NCBI GenBank assembly: GCA_021107435.1 | Contig: JAIOSV010000109.1 | Coordinates: forward strand, 6,161-70,160 | Source of the DNA: Candidatus Sabulitectum sp. | Lineage (GTDB): Bacteria; Fermentibacterota; Fermentibacteria; Fermentibacterales; JCC-6 | Length of the DNA stretch: 64,000 bases | Direction of reading: 5' to 3' | In this document: positions 8,217 to 18,244 of the stretch, one piece after another | Numbering within the stretch: position 1 is the first letter of the stretch | How the letters are laid out: each line of letters opens with the position of its first letter | Program-made: the position numbers and the translations under genes | The notes under the pieces: model-generated | Told to the model about the DNA's origin: nothing | Databases searched by the model: none | What the model saw: only the letters and a program-made list of their open reading frames with translations

Positions 8217-11027
8217 ATGAAGCAGATATTTTTGTTTACTGACATTGAAGGGTCAACGAATCTCTGGGAGCAAGACTCTGAAAAAATGTCCCGGGCACTT
8301 GCTCTGCATGACAAAATCCTCTCCGATATAATTCCTGAATATGGCGGGAAAATCATGAAGCACACGGGTGATGGTGTTTTTGCCGCTTTCAGCAGCGCCA
8401 CAGAAGCTTTATCCTGTGCTGTTAAACTGCAAAAGGCATTCTCCCGTAAAGGTGAGTACGAGCAGTGCAATGATTTCAGGGTAAGAATGGGTCTCCACTA
8501 CGGTTTTGCTGAAAAACGGGACAATGACCTTTTTGGACCTGCTGTTAACTTAACTCAGCGTGTTATGGATGCCGGAAACGGTGGGCAGATACTTGTAACA
8601 GAGGAAATCGCTGAACTCTGCAAGCTTGAGGGGGATATTACATTCCGGGATCTTGGAATTCAGAGACTCAGGAATCTGAGTACTCCACGGAAATTATTCC
8701 TTCTGCTACATCCGGACATCCCTGATCGTCCGGCTGCTTCTCCAAGAACACTGAGCAGCATCCCGAATAACCTGCAGAGACCTATGACACCTTTTATAGG
8801 AAGAGAAGAGGAACTCCACCGAATCTGCACCATGCTTAAGAAGAGCAACTGCAGAATGCTCACTCTTCATGGTTCGGGTGGAACGGGAAAAACAAGGCTG
8901 GCCCTTCAGGCTGCAGCAATGGAAATCGTTGAATTTACCGATGGAGTGTTCTTCATCAGTCTGGCAAAGATTCGCTCTCCGGATTTAATAATTTCCGCAG
9001 TTGCTGAAGTTCTCGGTCTTGATCTGGGAAACACACAAAATCCGGGAAACTCAATTATTGATTATTTATCGGATCTGAAAGTTCTGTTTGTTCTGGACAA
9101 CTACGAACATCTCGCTTCTTCAACTGGTTTTCCCCGTCGCCTCATTGCCGAAACAAATCGTGTCAAGTTGCTGATAACGAGCAGAGAACAGTTGAGACTG
9201 TCTGCAGAGAATGTGCTTGAAATCAGGGGAATGAGTATTCCAGAAGAAAATACTTCTCAGTTGAGTGACAGTGAGAGGCTGTACTATGAAACAGCGGAAA
9301 GGGTTTCCGGTAGACAGATGATGGCGGAAAGTTCGGAAAAGGTTGCAGAAATCTGCAAACATTTGTCAGGCAGCCCACTGGCAATTGTCCTTGCGGCATC
9401 CTGGGACGGGATTCTTTCTCCTTCGGAGATTCTTGACGAAATAAGGAATTCGCATTCTCTTTCCTCAAACCTGGCAGATCTTCCGGAAAGGCACAGCAGT
9501 CTCAAGGCGGTGTTCATGTTCTCATGGAACATTCTCAGTACTGAAGAAAAGAATATGTTTTGCCGTCTAACAGTGTTCAGAGGACATTTCACAAGAGCTG
9601 CTGCTGAAAAAGTTTGTTCTCTGGAACTTAAGGATCTCACTTCCCTTGTAAACAAGTCTCTTGCGGAACGGCATGAAGATGGTACTTTTGGAATACACGA
9701 ATTGATACACAGTTTCGCCGGGGAGAAATCAGAAGAAGTGTTTTCTCGTTATGAATCAGACCTTCTTGCAGGCAGGCACAGCAGTTTTTTCCTCAGTCTG
9801 CTCAGAGAACACACGGATAATCTGCTTGCAGGAAACAGAAGCAGTGCATTTCAGGAATTGTCAGGTTCGCTGGAAGATATACTTGCAGCATGGCATCAAG
9901 CTTTCAAAAACAGCAACTTTGAACTTCTTGAATCCTGCTGTCACGGTCTGCGGGTTCTGCTTGCCCTTATGGGGATGTACGGGAAAGGTGAAGCGCTTTT
10001 TGCGCAAGGTGCTGAATTCTGCGAAAGCAACCCCGGCGACTCCGCTTCTTTGCTCCGGGCATGGCTTGTCTCATACCAGGGTTGGTTCAGCTCCTATTCC
10101 AATCGTGCCGAAGCAAGTATCAGGCAACTGAAGAACAGCGTGATTCTTTTTAAAGAATTGGATGAACCTGTCGGGCTTTCAAGTGCTTTGAATATGCTGG
10201 GAAATGTGTACTATGTAAGTGGCGAATACGACCCTGCCGCAAAGGCTTACAATGAAAGCCTGTCAATAAGAAGAACACTGAGCGACAAAACAGGTATATC
10301 AGCGGTACTTAACAATCTAGGCAATCTGGCCTGTCAGCGAATGGATTACACTGACGCAGAGAAATTTTATCAGGAATCCCTTGAGAAAGACAGAGCTCTG
10401 GGAAACCAGCATGGAGTTTCAGCATCTTTAAGCAATCTGGCCATCATTGCAATTAATATGGATCAGCTGGAGAAAGCGGAAAACTGCCTCTCAACAGCTC
10501 TGGAAATTGAGAAGAGTATTGGAGACAGATTCAATGTTGCAATAGTCCAGGGCATTTTTTGTCGAATACTTCTTAAGCGGAAGGAGTTCGACTCGGCAGA
10601 AGCAATTTGCAATGAAAATCTTGAAATGTATCGAAACGTTGGAAACTCATGGGGTACTGCAAATACTTACTGCACTCTTGGTATTGTGGAAACTCTTCGC
10701 AGTAACCATACAAAATCTGCAGAATACCTGGTGAAGGCTCTGGATACAGTTGAGGGAAAGGACTGGACACCTATGAGCCTTGAGATTCTTGGAGCAGTTG
10801 CCGGGCTGTTGCAGGAGGAGGGATTATTCAAAGAAGCTTACTCAATGGCATTGTTTGTGAAAGAGCATCAATCCTCACAAGCAGAATTGCGGAAAGAAAT
10901 GAAATTCCTTATAGCTTCTTCGAAAAAGCAGACAAGCTCTAAAATTATGGCTGGCAATATCAAACTCGAAGATGCTGTGAGAACCGCGAAGAAACAACTG
11001 AAGAAAATGGCCTCCAATAGCTCTTGA
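8217..11027 (+). CDS. Adenylate/guanylate cyclase domain - STAND/AAA ATPase - TPR repeat signalling protein
   Basis: 936 aa. The N-terminal class III cyclase domain reads FLFTDIEGSTNLWE...HTGDGVFAAF, followed by a P-loop (GSGGTGKTRLAL) and an NB-ARC-like region. The C-terminus carries multiple TPR repeats (LNNLGNLACQRMDYTDAEKFYQESL, and others). Confidence 0.85.
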   Translation: MKQIFLFTDIEGSTNLWEQDSEKMSRALALHDKILSDIIPEYGGKIMKHTGDGVFAAFSSATEALSCAVKLQKAFSRKGEYEQCNDFRVRMGLHYGFAEKRDNDLFGPAVNLTQRVMDAGNGGQILVTEEIAELCKLEGDITFRDLGIQRLRNLSTPRKLFLLLHPDIPDRPAASPRTLSSIPNNLQRPMTPFIGREEELHRICTMLKKSNCRMLTLHGSGGTGKTRLALQAAAMEIVEFTDGVFFISLAKIRSPDLIISAVAEVLGLDLGNTQNPGNSIIDYLSDLKVLFVLDNYEHLASSTGFPRRLIAETNRVKLLITSREQLRLSAENVLEIRGMSIPEENTSQLSDSERLYYETAERVSGRQMMAESSEKVAEICKHLSGSPLAIVLAASWDGILSPSEILDEIRNSHSLSSNLADLPERHSSLKAVFMFSWNILSTEEKNMFCRLTVFRGHFTRAAAEKVCSLELKDLTSLVNKSLAERHEDGTFGIHELIHSFAGEKSEEVFSRYESDLLAGRHSSFFLSLLREHTDNLLAGNRSSAFQELSGSLEDILAAWHQAFKNSNFELLESCCHGLRVLLALMGMYGKGEALFAQGAEFCESNPGDSASLLRAWLVSYQGWFSSYSNRAEASIRQLKNSVILFKELDEPVGLSSALNMLGNVYYVSGEYDPAAKAYNESLSIRRTLSDKTGISAVLNNLGNLACQRMDYTDAEKFYQESLEKDRALGNQHGVSASLSNLAIIAINMDQLEKAENCLSTALEIEKSIGDRFNVAIVQGIFCRILLKRKEFDSAEAICNENLEMYRNVGNSWGTANTYCTLGIVETLRSNHTKSAEYLVKALDTVEGKDWTPMSLEILGAVAGLLQEEGLFKEAYSMALFVKEHQSSQAELRKEMKFLIASSKKQTSSKIMAGNIKLEDAVRTAKKQLKKMASNSS

Positions 11028-11550
11028 TTCCACTACTGAACAAAACAGCAGACCTGAGAAATAAGCCGAAAAGGTTGTTGCAGCCACATTCATTGACGGG
11101 GTAGAGCAAACATGTGACAGATAATGCTTGACAGTGCACTGGAAGCGGATGCCTGATTGGTACAACTCACTGCGCTATGGGATATCTGATCAAGGCGTAT
11201 GAGAACCAGGAAATTCCAGAGAACGATTTCAGGAGATTGGAGATTCGAAGGGTGAAGCATCCTGACTGAACAGCCTGGGTCTGGTGTATGAAAAGCAGGG
11301 GAGTCCGATAAAACACTGGATATACACCTTGATGAGTTTACTATCAACGTACAGTCGGGAATCAGGGAGTTCATAGACCTGGCAGACTCAAGGTTCTGTT
11401 TTCCCAGAACAACAATCGAGATAGAGTTACCGGTCCACCGGGGAGTGAACGATGCAGCATAATGGTTATACAGATCTGCTGGATTATTCGGGAGGGGGAG
11501 CCAATTGGCTCCCCCTCAAGATAAGAAAACATCTGGATAAGATAATCGGG

Positions 11551-12915
11551 CTATTTTTCCCTGCAGTCTATCTTCGATATAGCATCTTCGCATGCTTTGA
11601 TGAGAGCGTATTTTGTAGGAGCCGTGGTGAGAAGGGGATGCGTTCCCACCTGGAAAGAGACAAGTTCATAAACTGTGACGTATTTCTGAATTGCCAGGGC
11701 AATGATATTTATCATTTCACCGACCGATTTGCCTCCATATATTTCTCCTCCGATAATTTCACCATTTCGGGGAGAAACAATAATCCTTACTCGGATTTTC
11801 TTGGCACCGGGCAGAGAGCCCGGATGTCGATCCATGTCAGTGAAACTGCCTGTTACATAATCTACTCTTGCCGCTTCCGCAGTTTGTTCAATTGCTCCTG
11901 CTGAAGCGAAGGCATGCCCGTTCAGTTCGGTTGAGAACACTGAAAGAGTACCGGAGAATGATCTGAGAATGCCAATCTTGCAGAGATTATATCCAAGAAT
12001 GCGAGCCTCGGCAGTTGCTGTGGACGCCAGCATGATGTTGTCTGTTCTGCCTGTAATGAAACCGAATGTCTGGGAACAATCACCAACAGCATACACATCA
12101 TCTTCATCTGTCTGCATGAATTTGTCTACTCTGATAGTTCCGTGTTTTGTGAGTTGCATTTCTGCTTTTTTTGCAAGGTCTGTATTGGGTTTGTATCCAA
12201 TAGCTGAAATGACCAGATCGGCTTCAATGATTTCTCCGCTTTTCAGTTTTACGGATTGTACTTTCCCGTTGTTGCCGATTAGTTCTTCAACAGTGTTTCC
12301 CGTGAGGACATTGATTCCTATTTTCCTCAGGTTTTCATCTGCGAGTATTGCAAAATCAGGTGAAAATGCCTGACCGAGGCAGTGATCCTGTATCTCGACC
12401 AGTGTTACTTTCTTAAAATCATGTTTGGCAATCTGTTCCGCGACCTCGGCACCAATGAACCCGCCGCCAATCACAACAACGTTTGTTGAAGAAAGAATTT
12501 TGTCTTTCAGGGAAGCGATGTAATTATAGTTTTTGGGAATGAGTTCAACATTTTCAAGATGGTATCCCTTTATGAAAGTAGGCAATATTGGAGAAGAGCC
12601 GGTTGCGAAAACAAGCTTGCTGAAAGAAATCTCTGTGCCTGCTTCGGTGCAGAGGGTTTTATTGCTTATATCAATATCCGTTACCCTGTCAACAAGAACT
12701 TCTCCGCCGGCCTTAACAAATGGAGCTGGTCCCATCTTGTTCTGGGAGATATCATCAAGATCATGAAAGACATATGGAATACCGCATGGAACAAGTCCCT
12801 GCTCATCTTCCTTGATCATCAGGAATGATTTGTCGGGGTTCTGCTTTTTCGCAGTAACTCCAGTTATTATTCCTGACGGACCAGCACCGATAATGACTAC
12901 ATCATAAGCTTTCAT
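11551..12915 (-). CDS. FAD-dependent pyridine nucleotide-disulfide oxidoreductase (NADH oxidase / CoA-disulfide reductase family)
   Basis: The N-terminus MKAYDVVIIGAGPSG is a GxGxxG FAD-binding site, and VVVIGGGFIGAEVAEQ is a second NAD(P)-binding Rossmann. I placed the start at the ATG with GGAG 8 nt upstream (12915). The ORF track extends it 31 codons further upstream. Confidence 0.8.
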   Translation of the reverse strand: MKAYDVVIIGAGPSGIITGVTAKKQNPDKSFLMIKEDEQGLVPCGIPYVFHDLDDISQNKMGPAPFVKAGGEVLVDRVTDIDISNKTLCTEAGTEISFSKLVFATGSSPILPTFIKGYHLENVELIPKNYNYIASLKDKILSSTNVVVIGGGFIGAEVAEQIAKHDFKKVTLVEIQDHCLGQAFSPDFAILADENLRKIGINVLTGNTVEELIGNNGKVQSVKLKSGEIIEADLVISAIGYKPNTDLAKKAEMQLTKHGTIRVDKFMQTDEDDVYAVGDCSQTFGFITGRTDNIMLASTATAEARILGYNLCKIGILRSFSGTLSVFSTELNGHAFASAGAIEQTAEAARVDYVTGSFTDMDRHPGSLPGAKKIRVRIIVSPRNGEIIGGEIYGGKSVGEMINIIALAIQKYVTVYELVSFQVGTHPLLTTAPTKYALIKACEDAISKIDCREK

Positions 12916-13364
12916 ACCTGGGCTCCAAACTTTTGAATGATTATGCCGCGACTTCTGAAACTCCGAGCGCAGCTTCGAATATATATAAAATATCTGATGA
13001 AGCTTCACGAGAGATATTTGCGAAAGTATGCTAACCCGAATCTATCACAAATACTCTACTGCAACACCGTATACAGCAGCGGCTACTACGTTATACTCAT
13101 GCATCAGTCCTCGACATACTGTAAAAGTATGCCTCCGGATTATGCATTCGCAAGCCTCGTAACCACAGCACTCTACGGCATTTCGCTACGAGTACCTGTG
13201 ATGGATCCGGGTTGATCCTGTATGCGTAAATCCTACTAATATGATAGGACATACGCTGAAGAGTAGATCAATCCTTCTGTTGAGGATAGCGGGAGGCCAA
13301 ACACAACATTTCCAGTTTCAACTGGCATTACGGATAGCTGCCGGTGACCGCAGAATATGAATGA

Positions 13365-13392
13365 GAAGCAGACCCGTGTTGAAGTCTGCTTC
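13365..13392 (-). terminator. Candidate terminator hairpin downstream of the lipoprotein gene
   Basis: A 9-bp stem GAAGCAGAC/GTCTGCTTC with a 10-nt loop. The following U content on the minus strand is only moderate. Confidence 0.35.
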
Positions 13393-13485
13393 TTACAGAT
13401 TTCCAGGTTGATCGTTCCAGTGTTGTGTTCAGTATACAATTCGTTATTACCTGGATTCAGAAGCCGGAGAGGAAACTCAGTTATT

Positions 13486-14037
13486 TTATGGAATCAGCTC
13501 AGGGGTCAGTGTCAGGGTCCATACTATAGATCCCTGTGAGTTAGTTACCTCGCAAACCGATCCGGTCGTCGTTGCTTCACCAAGGTCAAACACCAGACCG
13601 CCGTTCCAGGTCGCCGTAATGTTTTCGTCCAGGTATAGCTGCCATACTGAACCATCCCAGATCCATGTCTGTATGCGTTCATTAACAGTAGTGTTCTCAT
13701 TTACAGCAAAGTGTTCGTTCCCGGTCCCGCTGATGTACTCGCCATTCGGTTGAATGGTCAAAGTTCCGGTTCTATTCATTTTCATTTCTCCGTTATCATC
13801 CTCGCCACTGTAGTTTAGAGTTCCTGTTCCGAATGTCATGTTACCGTATTTATCAACTTCTACGGAGACAGTAGTTGATTCATCAAATTCCGGGAATTCA
13901 TTCGAGAAGTTTAAATGCAATGTTCCAGTGTAATTGTTATCAAGTTCGGGATCCGGGCCTGTAGCGTTATTGCTGCTACCGCACCCTGCGATGGCAAACA
14001 AAGCGGCAAAAAATACACACACAAATAACGATCTCAC
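13486..14037 (-). CDS. Lipoprotein, N/T/G-rich, function unknown
   Basis: 183 aa with a signal peptide and lipobox (FAIAGC). The mature part is rich in Asn-x-Ser/Thr tripeptides, eight in total (NAT, NYT, NFS, NMT, NYS, NRT, NTT, NIT). Confidence 0.65.
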   Translation of the reverse strand: MRSLFVCVFFAALFAIAGCGSSNNATGPDPELDNNYTGTLHLNFSNEFPEFDESTTVSVEVDKYGNMTFGTGTLNYSGEDDNGEMKMNRTGTLTIQPNGEYISGTGNEHFAVNENTTVNERIQTWIWDGSVWQLYLDENITATWNGGLVFDLGEATTTGSVCEVTNSQGSIVWTLTLTPELIP

Positions 14038-14246
14038 TGGAGTACCTCCTATTAGAGTTGCAATTCTAGTATTTAAACATTCGAAAGAGAGTGATTCTTC
14101 TAAATACCCATGTAAAAATACATAAATAGTATTATTCTGTCAATACATCTGTTGAAATTAGTGTTTCTCAGGTGCCGTGTTTATACCCGCGAGGAATGAG
14201 ATACTGAGGAACCGGTTGGGCTCCTCAGTTAGTATAATTTCTGTGG

Positions 14247-15095
14247 TTACAGTGTTCTGTAAGGCAGTTCAGCAATAATGAAACGGTTGATATCGATTTC
14301 TATCTGTGTATCCGGAATGACTTCCATGGTGGCTATCTGTTCCAGTATCTCTTCGGGAACACGGTAGATGATCATCACATCAGTCTCGGAATCAGACAGA
14401 AACTGACTTTCCCATGTGTTCCAGAAACTGTCGAATTCGTCTTCATTCAAAACACCCTCTGCCCACTGCCACAGTTCTCTTCTAAGTTGTATCGGTTCAT
14501 CAAGGAATTGAAGCCCCTTTGGTATGTCTGTAACGATATCCGCAAGAGTGAAGGTTCCGTACATTGGTATTCCGTCCACTGATGTAAGTATAACGCAGGG
14601 GATTTCGCCGTAAGGCATTCTAAAGGAATGATTACCGGATTCGCTTATGAATGGCAGGTCGCCGGGTCTTCCGGGAATACATTCGTAGTAAATGAAGTGA
14701 TCGTATCTGTCACTGGTTGCTATACAGAGGGCATCAACCTGTCTCCAGACAGGTATCGGGAAATTCAGGTTCTCTTGGTTGCGCCACCCCTCCGTGAGAC
14801 CGGATCCGGGTGATTCTGTGAGTTCAAGGTCATTCCAGAGAATGTATGTGGAATTAACTCCTCCTTCGTCAGGCGCTGGAAGTACCTCAGAAGCATAGCC
14901 CATGCCGGGAAAGGAAATCCTGACCGTAACAGTACAGGGGTCTCCGTGGAAATAAACAACAGGAGCTTTGTCCTCAAGCTCATTTTCCCATGGTTGTATT
15001 TCAGGAATCGCCCCTGAGAGTGAAAGCGGAGTCTGTGTAATGACACCCCACTCGTGGACCTGCAGTCCGGCAACAAGAATGATCAGTGTAATCAT
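14247..15095 (-). CDS. Secreted protein, HEWGV-motif family, paralog 1 of 3
   Basis: 282 aa. A short signal sequence precedes QVHEWGV, and it shares PVVYFHG, IYYE and WNTWE motifs with the two upstream genes. Confidence 0.65.
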   Translation of the reverse strand: MITLIILVAGLQVHEWGVITQTPLSLSGAIPEIQPWENELEDKAPVVYFHGDPCTVTVRISFPGMGYASEVLPAPDEGGVNSTYILWNDLELTESPGSGLTEGWRNQENLNFPIPVWRQVDALCIATSDRYDHFIYYECIPGRPGDLPFISESGNHSFRMPYGEIPCVILTSVDGIPMYGTFTLADIVTDIPKGLQFLDEPIQLRRELWQWAEGVLNEDEFDSFWNTWESQFLSDSETDVMIIYRVPEEILEQIATMEVIPDTQIEIDINRFIIAELPYRTL

Positions 15096-15096
15096 A

Positions 15097-16059
15097 TCAG
15101 TACACCCTTACAAGACCCAGGAAGAGGCGGTTATAGGTGATGTTTCTGTCAACCGAGTCATGTACTTCAAGACGAATGGTGCTGATATCTTCTACAACAT
15201 CCCACGGAAGCGGGAAGAGTATCCACCTCTGCTCAAGCCCCTCTCTGTCAGCCATAATCTCATCATTTATTCCGTCTATGCCCTGAGTCATGAAAAACGG
15301 TTCCCAGGTCTGCCAGAGGGCTGTGATTTCCTCCGATTTCAGATTACCCGCTGCCCACCCGCATATGATATCGCATATCTCATGGTCGAGGAGGTGACCT
15401 GCCGTATGAACAGGTGAACCTGCTCCGTGGGGAAGGGGTACAAGCTGGATTCTTTCAACTGTCGGCTTGCTGCCCGTTGTGATGACCAGGCCTTCCGTGG
15501 CATAGTATCCTGCAAGAATTTCCGCTTCATAGATGCCATCCGGTGCTTCCCAGAAGGGAATACCAGCTTCATAGTACAGGAAATTGGCCATGTACTCACC
15601 GGTGCTGGTGGAGAAAAGGTCCAGACTGGGAACCGCCCTCCAGAAGTTCATTGCCCAGCCGAAGGGAGTGTCAGGCGGAATGATCAGTTCCGGTCTTTCG
15701 CTTCTTGCCGGCGGGGGAGGTGCGGTAATGTTCCAGGAAGCGACGACAGGCATGTCATCTCCAAGTGTAGTATCCGGTTCGGGGAAAAGAGTTGTAAGCC
15801 AGCCTTGAGCAGCTTTTACAGTGAGTGTAGCCTCTTCGAAGGAAGCCCCGTGGATCCAGATCACCGGAGCATCCACGATCAGAGGTCCAAAGACTTCCCT
15901 GCCGTAGTAAACATTTCCTCTTTCGTCTGGAGCGCCGGTAAGTGTTGTTCCCGCTGAAGTGAACACAACAACTCCCCATTCGTTAACGAAAAGATCCTCG
16001 AAGTCCTGTGGCGGGGCGATAATTGTGTCTGTAATGAGAGGCAGCAGAAGTGGAAACAT
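15097..16059 (-). CDS. Secreted protein, HEWGV-motif family, paralog 2 of 3
   Basis: 320 aa with the motifs VNEWGV, PVIWIHG, FLYYE and ALWQTWEPF. It lies 1 nt from paralog 1 and 12 nt from paralog 3. Confidence 0.65.
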   Translation of the reverse strand: MFPLLLPLITDTIIAPPQDFEDLFVNEWGVVVFTSAGTTLTGAPDERGNVYYGREVFGPLIVDAPVIWIHGASFEEATLTVKAAQGWLTTLFPEPDTTLGDDMPVVASWNITAPPPPARSERPELIIPPDTPFGWAMNFWRAVPSLDLFSTSTGEYMANFLYYEAGIPFWEAPDGIYEAEILAGYYATEGLVITTGSKPTVERIQLVPLPHGAGSPVHTAGHLLDHEICDIICGWAAGNLKSEEITALWQTWEPFFMTQGIDGINDEIMADREGLEQRWILFPLPWDVVEDISTIRLEVHDSVDRNITYNRLFLGLVRVY

Positions 16060-16071
16060 TGAACTCCTCCT

Positions 16072-16995
16072 TTACAAAGGCATTGCCACGATAAGGTAGC
16101 GTAAAACATCAACAGGATATCTGGGGCCATCCGGGATAACTGATATGGTACTGAGTTTTTCAGTTAGTTCTGCTGGAATCATGTACATTACAAGGCCATT
16201 GCCGTACGCAGGTTCGTTCATGTGGTCGCGGAGTACCCAGGCAGACCAGGTGTTCCAGAGTGCGTCAACTTCGTCAATTTCGATCAAATCTACGGACCAG
16301 TTGTAGAGAACTCCGAGTATGTCATCGGGGCTGATGTCAGTGTATTCCATGTCTCCGCCGTAGACAATATCGCGGAGGGTGCAGTGCGAGTAGAAAACAC
16401 CGTCACTGCGCTCTTTTATCAACAGCGCTTCAACATCCATGTATTCTTCACAAAGAGATTCCATGCCAGGTGTGTAAGGCAGGAAATCGGTGGTTTCCGG
16501 TGCGGTCTCATAGTAAAGAAATTTATCATTCCAGCCGTCAGTGCGGCTTATACTGAGAGCATAAACCTCTCGCCACAGGTTATAGTTCCACTCGCCTGGA
16601 GCCATTCCTTGAAAGTCGGGGTATTCCTCAATATCGGAGTGGCTGAAATCAACTCTCCAGGTGCAGTGATTGTAATGACTGTCTTCATCTGACACAGAGG
16701 GATAGATGTCGAAAATAGATCCGTTGTTTGTCTTTACGGTGACTGTTCCGGAGAATGCAGGACCGTGGAAGTAGAGAACAGGAGCTCTGAGTAACATTCC
16801 ACCTTCACCGTGGGTTGAATAAGTTGGCGGGAAGGATTCCTGGGAAGGTGTTCCCGGCGCAGCCGAGAAAACGGGGTCATCCGCGCTCCAGGTGAGTACA
16901 CCCCATTCATGAACCTGAATATGCGCAAGCTCACGCTCTGCCTCGCTGTATGCAATCGCGCTCAGAATAAGCACTGCCAGTAGCACATTTTTCAT
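16072..16995 (-). CDS. Secreted protein, HEWGV-motif family, paralog 3 of 3
   Basis: 307 aa. A clear signal peptide (MKNVLLAVLILSAIAYSEA) precedes the motifs IQVHEWGV, PVLYFHG, FLYYE and ALWNTWSAW. Confidence 0.7.
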   Translation of the reverse strand: MKNVLLAVLILSAIAYSEAERELAHIQVHEWGVLTWSADDPVFSAAPGTPSQESFPPTYSTHGEGGMLLRAPVLYFHGPAFSGTVTVKTNNGSIFDIYPSVSDEDSHYNHCTWRVDFSHSDIEEYPDFQGMAPGEWNYNLWREVYALSISRTDGWNDKFLYYETAPETTDFLPYTPGMESLCEEYMDVEALLIKERSDGVFYSHCTLRDIVYGGDMEYTDISPDDILGVLYNWSVDLIEIDEVDALWNTWSAWVLRDHMNEPAYGNGLVMYMIPAELTEKLSTISVIPDGPRYPVDVLRYLIVAMPL

Positions 16996-17047
16996 TTTAT
17001 TCCTTTCGGTAAACGCCTGTAATCCTGATACAATCCTGGACTCTCAT

Positions 17048-17818
17048 TTATTCCGAAACTGCCATTTCAAAAACAACCGGTGTGTGATCTGAAGGCCTCT
17101 CCCAGCCTCTTGGTTCCATGTCAATAAAGCAATTTGTTATTATTTCATCAGCTTCACGATTGGCGAGTACAAGGTCAAGCCTCATACCTCTTTTCCGTCT
17201 GAACGAGCCTGCCCGGTAATCCCACCAGCTGTAAGCTTTGCCTTCCGGGTAAAACCTTCTGAAAACATCGGTGAAGCCCGCTGAAAAAAACTGGCTGATC
17301 TGTTCTCTCTCAAGAGGATGGTAGCAGATCATACCATCCTGCTCCTCGGGGGAGTGCGTGTCCACAGGACCGGGAGCTACATTAAAATCTCCCAGTATAA
17401 CAGTTGGACCAGGTGAAGCCAGAGCGTATTCCCTGAGTACCTCAAAGTACCGGAGTTTCTCCTGAAATCCGGGATGGTCAATATCTCTACCGTTGGGTAC
17501 ATACACATTTATCAGTCTGATACCGTGGACGGAGCCGGATATCATTCTTTTCTGCTCAGGCAGAAAACCCTTCAGATCGGTTTCAACATCTGCAAGAGGG
17601 GCAAGGGAAACTATTGCGACTCCATTCCATCGTACCTGTCCATTCACAGCAGAGTGGTAGCCGAGATCGCAGAGTTCCTGCCGGGGAAACTGTTCTTCTG
17701 TTGCCTTTAATTCCTGCAGGCATAGAATGTCCGGTTTTTCTTTTTCAATCCAGCTGGCAATAACAGTCATTCTTGCCCGCACAGAGTTAACATTCCAGGT
17801 GGCAATTTTGATTTTCAC
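17048..17818 (-). CDS. xth: Exodeoxyribonuclease III
   Basis: The EEP-fold motifs KIATWNVNS, LCLQELK and SWWDYR are present. The likely start is GTG at 17816-17818, which has GGGAGG 6 nt upstream (VKIKIATWNV). The ORF track extends it 14 codons further upstream. Confidence 0.9.
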   Translation of the reverse strand: MKIKIATWNVNSVRARMTVIASWIEKEKPDILCLQELKATEEQFPRQELCDLGYHSAVNGQVRWNGVAIVSLAPLADVETDLKGFLPEQKRMISGSVHGIRLINVYVPNGRDIDHPGFQEKLRYFEVLREYALASPGPTVILGDFNVAPGPVDTHSPEEQDGMICYHPLEREQISQFFSAGFTDVFRRFYPEGKAYSWWDYRAGSFRRKRGMRLDLVLANREADEIITNCFIDMEPRGWERPSDHTPVVFEMAVSE

Positions 17819-18244
17819 CGAATACCTCCCGGTGTTTTCTACAGCAGTTTGCAGTATCAAGTCAAGTACAGCTTTTCTTGGGGGTGTGTATGTGCGATGC
17901 TGTGGTTACTTGAGGGCTCTCTAAAGAGGAAAGCAATAGCGCGCTGTCAGGAAGAATTGCTTTTTGTTCTTAGAGCTTGCTAACTATTCGCCGCATTGAC
18001 AGGGGGGATTGCCCTTGGTATTTTTTCTTTAGACTAGGAGCTTATGGTTGAATCAGGCTTGTCACAGTGATGCTCAGGGTGGTATTGCTTTTGGAGTGAG
18101 ATCAGCTTCCACAGTTTTGGTTGATAACAAAATTGGAAGTTCCTATACCGGTGATACAATGTAGTTTTAATTGTTATTAAAGGTTTCTTGAAATAACATA
18201 TAGAGATACTCGGGAAAATTGTGAAGCAGTGAAAAGGAGTGACA

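Noticed and set aside
11028-11550. About 520-bp gene-poor gap after the AC-STAND-TPR gene (ORFs 11090..11374 and 11452..11904)
   Set aside because: The ORFs overlap each other and the oxidoreductase gene and have non-protein-like composition. No ncRNA-like conserved structure could be recognised by eye.
14203-14229. 8-bp stem-loop ACTGAGGA-n11-TCCTCAGT between the paralog cluster and the lipoprotein as a terminator
   Set aside because: No U-tract follows it on the transcribed (minus) strand. It may be structural, but it is not a canonical intrinsic terminator.
17048-17818. WWDYR motif (KAYSWWDYRAG) as an oligosaccharyltransferase WWDYG signature, read alongside the GT39-like gene and the sequon-rich lipoprotein
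   Set aside because: The motif lies in the exonuclease III fold, where (W/F)DYR is a conserved active-site region, so the resemblance to WWDYG is coincidental. The roughly two-fold N-x-S/T enrichment in the lipoprotein can be explained by its N/T/G-rich composition.
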